In this document: positions 9,726-18,896 of the stretch, piece after piece
How positions within the stretch are numbered: position 1 is the stretch's first letter
Layout of the letters: the number at the start of each line of letters is the position of its first letter
Source of the DNA: Octopus sinensis
Taxonomy: Eukaryota
Reading direction: 5' to 3'
Assembly (NCBI RefSeq): GCF_006345805.1
Contig: NW_021824569.1
Coordinates: 1 to 18,896, forward strand
DNA: 18,896 nucleotides
Notes under the pieces: model-generated
The model's database searches: none
The model's input: the letters and a program-made list of their open reading frames with translations, nothing else
What the model was told of the DNA's origin: nothing
Program-made: the position numbers and the translations under genes

Positions 9726-10103
9726 TTCTTTTATTCTTTTATTTGTTTCAGTCACTTGACTGCGGTCATGCTGGAGCATCGCCTTTAGTCGAGCAAATCG
9801 ATCCCAGGACTTATTCTTTGTAAGCCTAGTACTTATTCTATCGGTCTCTTTAGCCGAACCGCTACGTTACGAGGACGTAAACAAACCAGCATCGGTTGTC
9901 AAGCGATGTTGGGGTTACAAACACAAACATATACATATATATATATATATAATACGACGAGTTTCTTTCAGTTTCCGTCTACCAAATCCACTCACAAGGC
10001 TTTGGTCAGCCCGAAGCTTGCCCAAGGTGCCACGCAGTGGGACTGAACCCGGTACCGTGTGGTTGGTAAGCAAGCTACTTACCACACAGCCACTCCTACG
10101 CCT
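9726..10103 (-). mobile_element. SINE family B, near full length, with ~15 bp internal deletion
   Basis: Minus strand AGGCGTAGGAGTGGCTGTGTGGTAAG...GGTTCAGTCCC...CCTTGGGCAAG. ATAGTAGAAGACACT is missing at ~10018 relative to the other copies. Confidence 0.93.
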
Positions 10104-10213
<110 letters not shown>

Positions 10214-10699
10214 AAATGTATCGGAGTACCTATCTTTTAATTTTTGTATATATTTATTATTATTTTTTTTTGCAAAAAACAATGTAATTTTCTTTTTTCC
10301 CCCCTCCTCACATTAAAAAAAAAATTTTCTTTACAATTCTTGAAAAGTCATATTATAACGAAAACCGGTTTGAATTAATATATATTTATATATTTTATCA
10401 ATTTTTCAAAATTTTTCCATACACCCATTTTCATTAAAATTTTCTTTCAATTTAGCATTCTGCCTTTTTACTATTTTTCCTTGCTTATATATATATATAT
10501 ATTATATATATATATATATAAATGTATTACTTTCCAGTAAAATAAAGCGCCATAAGGGTAGAATTATACATTGTAACTTATTGTACCACTTATCTAGTTA
10601 TAGATAATATGTATATATATTATATATATATATATATATTTATATATAATATATAAACACGTATACTTTGTACATATATTTGTTTACAGTATATAATAT

Positions 10700-11460
<761 letters not shown>

Positions 11461-11955
11461 ATTACATCATATACATAAGTGTATGTGTGTAATATTTATT
11501 CACACATGCACACGCGCACAAAACACGCATAAATATATGCACATATACATACATTCATTCATACATGTATATACAATACACACATACATATTGCATGGTC
11601 ATGCGCGCGCACACACACACACACATGCACACATACACACACACACACACAACAGTGACAGAATACCTGGTGGTGTTCAGGTTGATGTACTTTAGTCGAA
11701 TTGTTTTTGACTGTATTTATAGAAACCCGATCTCTTTAATCCCTCTGCTACGGATGCGCACTCACTATTTAGAGATTATTTGATAATTGGTGTAAATGAC
11801 GATTTCTTTCAATTTAGGAATATTCATTAAGAACGAGGATTAGTAATATTTACACATCAAACATTTAAGGCATCATTATCAAAGAATACGGTTGAGATTC
11901 TGCCATCGGTTTTTCCAAAGAGGCCCAAGAGATCTTGAAAAAAAAAACCCGACAC

Positions 11956-12126
11956 GGCGTAGGAGTGGCTGTGTGGTAAGTAGCTTGTTTACGAACGACA
12001 TGGTTCCGGGTTCAGTCCCGCTGCGTGGCACCTTGGTCAAGTGTCTTCTACTATAGCCTCGGGTCGACCAAAGCCTTGTGAGTGGATTTGGTAGACGGAA
12101 ACTGAAAGAAGCCCGTCGTATATATG

Positions 12127-12173
<47 letters not shown>

Positions 12174-12412
12174 ACATATGTGTGTGTGTGTATGTATGTT
12201 TGTGTGTTTGTGTTTGTCTCCCCCCCCAAAAAAAAAACATCGCTTGACAACCGATGCTGGTGTGTTTACGTCACTGTAACTTTGCGGTTCGGCAAAAGCG
12301 ACCGATAGAATAAGTATTAGGCTTACAAAGAATAAGTCCTGGGGTCGATTTGCTCGACTAAAAGGCGGTGCTCCAGCATGGCCACAGTCAAATGACTGAA
12401 ACAAGTAGAATA
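11956..12412 (+). mobile_element. SINE family B, full length
   Basis: GGCGTAGGAGTGGCTGTGTGGTAAG head, GGTTCAGTCCC B-box, CCTTGGTCAAGT, internal (TA)n(TG)n, tail GACTGAAACAAGTAGAATA. Confidence 0.94.
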
Positions 12413-12493
12413 GTAAATAGTAATGTAAGCGATATTCCCACCACCGAAGGTGAAGGACTGCGCAGCAGCGATCGACTGGGAGGAACAAGAGAA

Positions 12494-12570
12494 GCAGCAT
12501 GGTTGTGTGGTTAAGGAGTCCGTTTAGCAACCATGTAGTCTTGGGTTCGGTCTTCCTCTGATGTACTTTC
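12494..12570 (+). mobile_element. Old, diverged tRNA-like head related to SINE family B
   Basis: TGGTTGTGTGGTTAAG...CAACCATGTAGTCTTGGGTTCGGTC aligns with the SINE B head TGGCTGTGTGGTAAG...CAACCACATGGTTCCGGGTTCAGTC. Confidence 0.6.
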
Positions 12571-12579
12571 ATAGTTGTT

Positions 12580-12910
12580 AAATTGACGCCTGAGTGATGA
12601 AAGGTAATGTTTGTTACCGTATTTCTGTTGAGATGGTCTGTGTTTCTTTCAATTACTTTAAGTATAACAAAGAATTTAGTAAAATAACTTAGTTATCATT
12701 AAGCTAGTGTTAGGAACATAAATTGTGACTAAGGTTTGGTGGAAGATTTTAATTCAAAACTTATGAAAACAAGACATTTGTACTCAGAGCCAGAGCCAGA
12801 GCCAGAGCCAGTTTCAACCGGGTTGGTAACGAAAGGGTTAAAACCCGATGAAATTTGAACTCAGAACGTAGAGTGACCAAACTGAGTTGCTTACTGTGAG
12901 GCATTTTAGT
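12580..12910 (-). mobile_element. Old SINE family A remnant split by a MITE
   Basis: Left piece GATGAAAGGTAATGT (~12596-12610) and right piece GAAATTTGAACTCAGAACGT (12850-12870) are adjacent in intact SINE A (minus strand GATGAAAGGCAAAGTCGACCTCGGCGGAATTTGAACTCAGAACGT). Confidence 0.65.
12610..12841. mobile_element. piggyBac-like MITE (~230 bp) with damaged left end
   Basis: Right end GGTAACGAAAGGG followed by TTAA (12825-12841). The left end retains TTTGTTACC, a partial complement. CCC..GGG termini with TTAA are the piggyBac signature. Internal (CAGAGC)4 at 12785-12808. Confidence 0.7.
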
Positions 12911-13211
12911 GCTTTTCCTTACAATTTCGGTCAACTCGTCACTCTTGGACTCCACAAGAATGAGGAAGCTTTTGTGCTGTTGCTCATCTTGCTAGATATA
13001 GCAGTTGAATCTCTCCCAAATTTCGTTGTAATGACTTATAACACAGAAGGACAGGTTGTAAAAATTTAGTTTTACTTACATTATGTCTAAAAAAACACCC
13101 CCCAAACCCAGAAAGGTCACTAGTGGGACGCCTGATTATAAGTTTGCTTGATCATGGCTTATTTGCGGCCGAGCGGCAGCAACAATGGAAACAACAACAA
13201 CAGCAATTTGT

Positions 13212-13463
13212 CGCTAAGCATTTTGTCCGGTGTTTTATTCTTTTACTTAGTTCCAGTCATTTGACTCCGGCCATGCTGGAGCATCGCCTTTAGTCGATCA
13301 TATCAACCCCAGGACTTATTCTTTGTAAGCCTTGTACTAATTCCAACGGGCTCTTATGCCGAACCGCTAAGTTACGGGGACGTAAACACACGAACATCAG
13401 TTGTCAATCGATGGTGGGGGGACAAACACAGACAAAGAAATACACACACACACACACACACAC

Positions 13464-13494
<31 letters not shown>

Positions 13495-13686
13495 CGACGG
13501 GCCTCTTTTAGTTTCCGTCTACCAAATCCACTGACAAGGCTTTGGTCGGCCCGAGGCTATAGTAGAAGACACTTGCCCAAGGTGTCAGGCAGTGGGACTG
13601 AACCCGGAACCATGTGATTCGTAAGCAAGCTACTTACCACATAGCCACTCCTGCTGTGCTAATTATTCTGCCAGCTCGCCATCTTA
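13212..13686 (-). mobile_element. SINE family A head remnant (13212-13233 plus 13656-13686) interrupted by a SINE B
   Basis: CGCTAAGCATTTTGTCCGGTGT and GCTAATTATTCTGCCAGCTCGCCATCTT join into the reverse complement of the SINE A head. Confidence 0.8.
13233..13654 (-). mobile_element. SINE family B, near full length
   Basis: Homologous over its whole length to the reverse complement of 11956-12412. Confidence 0.94.
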
Positions 13687-14067
13687 GTAAATTATTAACT
13701 GTATTTAACTGCTGTTTAACTTTTACTTCTGCCCCGGATTAATTAAAGAATGCTGACATCATGGGCACTGTCCCGCCATCATCCTCCACCCACACCCACC
13801 ACACAAACTCTTCATAAAAATGAGAAAAATGCAATAAAAAGAAACGGAGTTGACTTAATCTAAGTAAAGATTATAAAATTCATAGTTATTGGATGGTTTC
13901 CGTCTGGTCAACGACCTGAGGCCGTTGCAAAGACTAATATATATTCAGAAGTATCGGTATCGTTGACGTCGTCATCGCTACCTTCCCTGCAGCTTATGCA
14001 TCAGCATCATGACCACCACCATTGCCACCACATCACCGCGGTCATAGTCGTAATCAATAGCAACAAC

Positions 14068-14392
14068 GGTGGAGGCGCAATGGCAGCGGTCTCGCGGTCG
14101 GAGGATCGCGGTTTCGATTCCCAAACCGGGCGTTGTGTGTGTTTATTGAGCGAAAACACCTAAAAGCCTCACGAGGCTCCGGCAGGGGCTGGTGGCGACC
14201 CCTGGTTGTACTCTTTCGCTCCAACTTTCTCTCACTCTTCCTTCCTGTTTCTTGTCCCCGACTTCCTACGCAACCGCTGAGCCTGGATGCGATTTCAACC
14301 ATCCGTGATGCTCTCGGTGTCGGGGGTTGACCTGCTTTCTCTTCTGCGGGTCCTCCCATCTTGCGAGCTCTGGGACGAAGACCGTTCGCTCA
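14068..14392 (+). mobile_element. tRNA-derived SINE family C, copy 1 (CAA-type tail)
   Basis: GTGGAGGCGCAATGGC head (13 bp deletion in the A-box), B-box GGTTTCGATTCCC, tail GGGACGAAGACCGTTCGCTCAAC. TSD CAA[T/C]AGCAACAACGG at 14055-14069 and 14391-14405. Confidence 0.9.
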
Positions 14393-14409
14393 ACAGCAAC
14401 AACGGCAGT

Positions 14410-14944
14410 GGAGGCGCAATGGCCTAGTGATTAGGGCAGCGGGCTCGTGGTCGTAAGAACGCGGTTTCGATTCTGAGTGTTTATTGAGCAAAGGCACCTG
14501 AGCTACTCGAGGCTCCGGCGGTGGTGGGGGGGGAACCCCACTGTACTCTTTCACCACAACTTTCTCTCATTCTTTCTTCCTACTTCTGCCACAAAGTAGA
14601 GGAACCATGGTGTAACCCACTATGGTGTGGTAAACTTTCAGACCCTAGTCTAGATTGCGAATCCTCCGTACCCCAGGATGGTTCAGCTCTCCACCCATTA
14701 AAAGCCACCGTTTACGGAATTAGGATAACAACGTAGCTTTCGCACCCGTGCAACTGCCAGTCTATCTCGTGTGGTGGGTGGATCTTCGAGTTGCCACATG
14801 CATTCTTAGTAACTTAGAGTAGGCTCGAATTTGAAATTATTCTTTGTGGCTGATGGCGTGAGTCCTGATTGGAAGAAGAAGAAGAAGAAGAAGAAGAAGA
14901 AGAAGAAGAAGAAGAAGAAGAAGAAGAAGAAGAAGAAGAAGAAG
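14410..14944 (+). mobile_element. SINE family C, copy 2 (different 3' half, (GAA)n tail), with perfect 17 bp TSD
   Basis: Same head and body as copy 1 up to ~14580, then ~290 bp of unrelated sequence ending GAGTCCTGATTG(GAA)n. ACAGCAACAACGGCAGT occurs at 14393-14409 and 14945-14961. Confidence 0.9.
14872..14944. repeat. (GAA)n retroposon tail
   Basis: About 24 perfect GAA units, bounded by the TSD. Confidence 0.97.
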
Positions 14945-15074
14945 ACAGCAACAACGGCAGTAGTAACAACAATAAAAGACATCAACATAATATTAGTTTC
15001 ATAATTAAAATATCTATATGTGTTGATTCTTTTTTTTTATTGTTGTTATATATATTTTAATATTGGTTTCAAAT

Positions 15075-15405
15075 AAGGGCAGCGAGCTGGCAGAAACGTT
15101 AGCACGAAATACTTAGCAGTATTTCGTCTGCCGTTCAAATTCTGAGTTCAAATTCCGCCGACTTTGCCTTTCATCCTTTCGGGGTAGATAAATTTAGTAC
15201 CAATTACGCACTGGAATCGATGTAACCGACTGAATCCCTTTGTCTGTCCTTGTTTGTCCCCTCTATGTTTAGCCCCTTGTGGGTAGTAAAGAAATAGGTA
15301 TTTCGTCTGTCGCTTCGTTCTGAGTTCAAATTCGGGCGAGGTCGACTTTGCCTTTCATCTTTTCGAGGTCGATAAATTAAGTACCAGTTGCGTACTGGGA
15401 ATCGA
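15075..15405 (+). mobile_element. SINE family A, copy 3 (tail type 2), followed by a headless tandem partial repeat (15297-15405)
   Basis: 15075-15296 matches 1563-1796. After AAAGAAATA the sequence restarts at GGTATTTCGTCTG...GAGTTCAAATTC...AAGTACCAGT. Confidence 0.92.
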
Positions 15406-15731
15406 CCCAGGGACTTATTCTTTGTAAGCCTAGTACTTATTCTATCCTTCTTTTTGACCAAACCGCTAAGTTACGGGGACGTAAACACACCACCATCGGT
15501 TGTCAAGCGATGTTCGGGGGACAAACACAGACACACAAACATATACATACACACTTATAGATATATACGACGGGCTTCTTTCAATTTCTGGCTACCAAAT
15601 CCACTCACAAGGCTTTGGTCGGCCCGAGGCTATAATAAAAGATACTTGCTCAAGGTGCCACTCAGTGGGACTGAACCTGGAGCCATGTGGTTGGTAAGCA
15701 AGCTACTTACCACACATCCACTCCTGCGCCT
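15400..15731 (-). mobile_element. SINE family B lacking its 3' terminal ~65-70 nt
   Basis: Head at 15731 (minus strand AGGCGCAGGAGTGGATGTGTGG). Ends at AATCGA (15400-15405), which is shared with SINE A. Confidence 0.92.
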
Positions 15732-16508
15732 ATATATAAAAAATAAACAAAATTCGAAGAGACATCTGGTGGCCTGAACAGACACAATTGTGTTATTGGT
15801 AGCAAAGGCAAGTTACTGAAGTTAGTACGCTGTTATGAGGTGAAATCTGTGACGATTCGGACAAAGTCCTTTTTCAAGTTAGAGAGAAATATGATGCATA
15901 CTTTCTCTGTGAGAGACTGGAAATTTCTGACATTAGTACAAGGCGTTGGATAGGGCCAGTGTTACGTAATCGACTGGTTCGATTTGGGACATGGAAGGTT
16001 GTTATTTAATCGATGCTCGAAAGATGACAGATGAGATATTTGGCTTAGATAGGTTTACATTTATTAAAAATGTTGGTCAAGATTTGAAGATCATACGAAA
16101 GTGGTAGAAATGCGATAAGCCATTAAGACTGGAATATACGTCTTCTTGCTAATAGCTGGATGTAATTATGATTATAGTAGAAGCCAGCTGTCATAATTGC
16201 AGTGTTTTTATATATATACACTGGCATTTGTTAGAGTGTATTTATCCATAAATAGTAGAACATGTACAGCCTGAATACCTGTCGTCCATATGTTTTTATT
16301 CTCTCACAAATTATAGAGCAAGATCAGAGTCGGTTTTAAGTGACTTATTACCAGTTGTGCTGCGATCTATAATATTTAACAGTGGAGTTAAATAGGCAGA
16401 AAATGAGCCTTAATGAGTGGTTATCTGCTGCTCCATCGACCAGGACAGTGGTTGCCAAACTGAAAAGCAAGCATCTACCCATAACAATAACACTGTGTAG
16501 CAAATGCC

Positions 16509-16611
<103 letters not shown>

Positions 16612-17203
16612 GAGTGAGAGAGCAGTACATGCTATCAAAGTGACACTGGGGTACAAATATACGAAGCCCAGTATACCCATCATGACTACCCGTCTGATAA
16701 GGGTACACCAGGCACATGCATCACAACAATATGTGCACGACATGGTGATCTCATAACAAGATAAACAGTGCATGACCTTGCGGGTGGGGCTCAGTTAGAA
16801 TTTTCTTCTGGTTGGGTAACCCATCCCACTCAAAAGGTCACTGATTAAGGGTTGTTTAAGGATGTTGAATGAAACACCCATGTTTCCAGAGGTGAATCAT
16901 TCAAACCCCAAAGAATCCCTCTCAACACATGGCTATGATGCTCCCCCACTACTTCTGCTCATGATCAGAGATGCATATATCATCAGCCACTAAGGGACAT
17001 GCTCAACTGGTTACGGTCAAACAACTGACAAGCGAATCTGTGGTATTGCGCCGAACATTTGCTGTAGCCCATCTTTTATACCAAGACAAAACAATGTACA
17101 TGATAACACTTCCAGTCAGTTAAGATCAGAAGCCATGAGAGCCACTGCCTGGTACTGCATCAGGGCATTGGTACTGCATCAGGCATTGGTACTGCATTGG
17201 TAC
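16612..17203 (-). mobile_element. Non-coding ~590 bp retroposon with (TAA)n tail (probable non-autonomous LINE derivative)
   Basis: A higher-complexity block sharply bounded by (TAA)n at the minus-strand 3' end and by short tandem repeats at the 5' end. No pol III boxes or credible ORF seen. It resembles an abundant octopus repeat from memory, and there is only one copy here. Confidence 0.7.
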
Positions 17204-17276
17204 GACGACAGAACCTGCAACAACAGCAACAACAACAACAACAACAATATCAGCAACAACGTCAACAGCAACAGCA

Positions 17277-17590
17277 GTGGAGGTGCAATAGCCCATGGTT
17301 AGGGCAGCGAACTCGCGGTCGGAGGATCGCGGTTTCGATTCCCAGACCGGGCGTTGTGTGTGTTTATTAAGCGAAAACACCTAAAGCTCCACGAGGCTCC
17401 GGCAGGGGGGTGGCGACCCCTGTTGTACTCTTTCGCCACAACTTTCTCTCAGCGCATTCATCCATCCGTCGATGCTCTCGGTGTCGGGGGTTGACCTGCT
17501 CTCTCTTCTGCGGGTCTTACGAATAGCAAAGGACCACGTTTTGGACTTCTCCCATCTTGCGAGCTCTGGGACGAAGACCGTTCGCTCAAC
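17277..17590 (+). mobile_element. SINE family C, copy 3 (CAA-type tail), with perfect 15 bp TSD
   Basis: Homologous to 14068-14392 with different deletions. TCAACAGCAACAGCA occurs at 17262-17276 and 17586-17600. Confidence 0.92.
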
Positions 17591-17765
17591 AGCAACAGCA
17601 ACAACAGCAGCAGCAACAACAACTCAACGACATCGCCTCCGACAGCAGCAACAGCTGCTACAATAACAAAAACCACTACATCATCATCATCACAATCATC
17701 AACGATAAACGCAACAACAACGACAATAACAACAACAACAACAACATCAGCAACATCGACAACCT
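17587..17765. repeat. Degenerate (CAA/CAG/CAT)n tract (also at 17217-17276)
   Basis: Directly visible trinucleotide periodicity. Confidence 0.9.
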
Positions 17766-18265
17766 TTACAAAGAAGGTTTACATTAACACAAAGATTAAC
17801 ACAGTTTCTCAATTTAATTTTGAAATTTACTCGCATATGTTGGAATCACGTGATGCGCGTATGTGTGTATGTGTGTGTGTATATGTGTGCGTACGTATGT
17901 GTGTTTGTGTGTGTGTCTGTTGTTTTGAGAGGCGAATAGATGGTGGTGGTGGTGGTGCGGAGACTTTTGTTTGTAAATCCGATATGGTTAATCCGTTAAT
18001 CTTGTTGTTATGTCATCTGTTTAATCTCATTACATTTGGGTTCACAAAATCGTTAGATAACACGAAACAAGCAGAGTGCTGCACTAAATTGCCTTCAAGT
18101 ATTTGATTTACCTCCCTTAGTTCTGTTTCCTGTTTCAGATACCCTCATGGATGATTTTTGTCTTTCAAGCCTTTCTCTAATAAATTGCTCAAGTCATTCA
18201 TTGTAATGAATTCACTAAGATCGGTTCAATCGAATGTATATTCTACTTGCTAATTTTAACAAATT

Positions 18266-18415
18266 CGGACAAAATATCCTGCGATAGCAAAGATGCAATC
18301 TACGCTCTGGTATCAAATCTTGCCAAGTTTGACTAACTTGTCTTCTTCCAGAGTCGATTAAATAAGTACCAGTAAACTACTGGGGTTGTTATCATCGACT
18401 GTAACTATTTCCTCA
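18266..18415 (+). mobile_element. Old, diverged SINE family A remnant
   Basis: CGGACAAAAT...CTACGCTCTGGTATCAAATCTTGCCAAG...GTCGATTAAATAAGTACCAGT...ACTGGGGTTG...ATCGACT is collinear with SINE A. Confidence 0.7.
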
Positions 18416-18431
18416 ACAAAAGTCTTCTACC

Positions 18432-18847
18432 GGATCTTTTCGGTTTGAACGGCAGTTTTTTCCAGCGATGTCATATGAAATTATCACCCATAATTATGAC
18501 CCTAGTATCGATCTATTGCATTTCAATCTGTTTTAGGGTTAGGGTTAGTTAGGGTTAGGGGTGGGGGACGGGTATCTTTTTCTCTTCACAAATGTAAATA
18601 ATCCCAATCTGTTTCTTAAACGAGGGACATATTCATACGGCACAGAATGTTTTCACCTCAAATAGACGTCACTGATTGGTAAATTGCAGAAATTGAAGAA
18701 AAAAAACAACAGATATCTTACAAACTATAGCATTTTCCAATAAAGTCAAGAGAAAAAGATTTTTTAAAACATTCTACCAGTATACGAAGTTTTAAAAAGT
18801 TTAGTTTGTTACTAAAATTGAAACTGCCGTTCAAACAGAGAAGATCC
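18432..18847. mobile_element. MITE (416 bp) with 27 bp TIRs and internal TTAGGG repeats
   Basis: The left TIR GGATCTTTTCGGTTTGAACGGCAGTTT (18432-18458) matches the reverse complement of 18821-18847 at 25/27. TTAGGG units lie at 18533-18560. Confidence 0.9.
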
Positions 18848-18896
18848 CGACTTCTGACTAAAGAAGCTAATCCATTATTTTACACGCTATTATTTA

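Noticed and set aside
11956-12030. Possible functional tRNA genes at SINE heads
   Set aside because: A- and B-boxes are present, but I see no complete cloverleaf or terminator, and each head continues into a multicopy SINE body.
14055-14961. CRISPR-like repeat-spacer-repeat pattern
   Set aside because: The spacers are 320-530 bp SINE copies and the repeats are TSDs. The context is eukaryotic with no cas genes.
14806-15060. Poly-E / poly-F ORFs
   Set aside because: This is the (GAA)n tail of a SINE, bounded by a TSD.
15930-16060. Possible very old minus-strand SINE A remnant
   Set aside because: Only TTTAATCGATGCTCGAAAGATGA resembles the body, which is too weak to annotate without an alignment.
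17120-17170. Faint resemblance to U2 snRNA (TAAGATCA and CCTGGTA.TGCA)
   Set aside because: These are two short matches with the wrong spacing, and there is no branch-point pairing region or Sm site. This is likely chance.
18533-18560. Chromosome end or telomere fusion site
   Set aside because: Only four full units in one orientation, enclosed within MITE TIRs.

Overview
An AT-rich, microsatellite-saturated, non-coding eukaryotic window. The repeat families look like those I recall from Octopus (coleoid cephalopod) genomes; this is recognition from memory, not a database result. No credible protein-coding gene is present, and the listed ORFs are translations of simple repeats or SINEs. The window holds three tRNA-derived SINE families (here called A, B and C, about 15 copies or fragments), a ~590 bp (TAA)n-tailed retroposon, a ~2.7 kb inverted-plus-tandem array of an ~860 bp Penelope-terminus-like unit, a Penelope-like fragment with a decayed minimal hammerhead motif, two MITEs (one piggyBac-like, one with GG termini carrying TTAGGG repeats), and a fold-back whose flanking microsatellites are also mirror-oriented. 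The most notable observations are (i) serial insertion of SINE C at one CAA/CAG target motif with intact target-site duplications (TSDs), (ii) swappable 3' tails in SINEs A and C, (iii) several large fold-back structures that would form dsRNA if transcribed, and (iv) nested insertions. I cannot support a genuinely new biological system from this sequence alone. The findings are transposon-biology leads.
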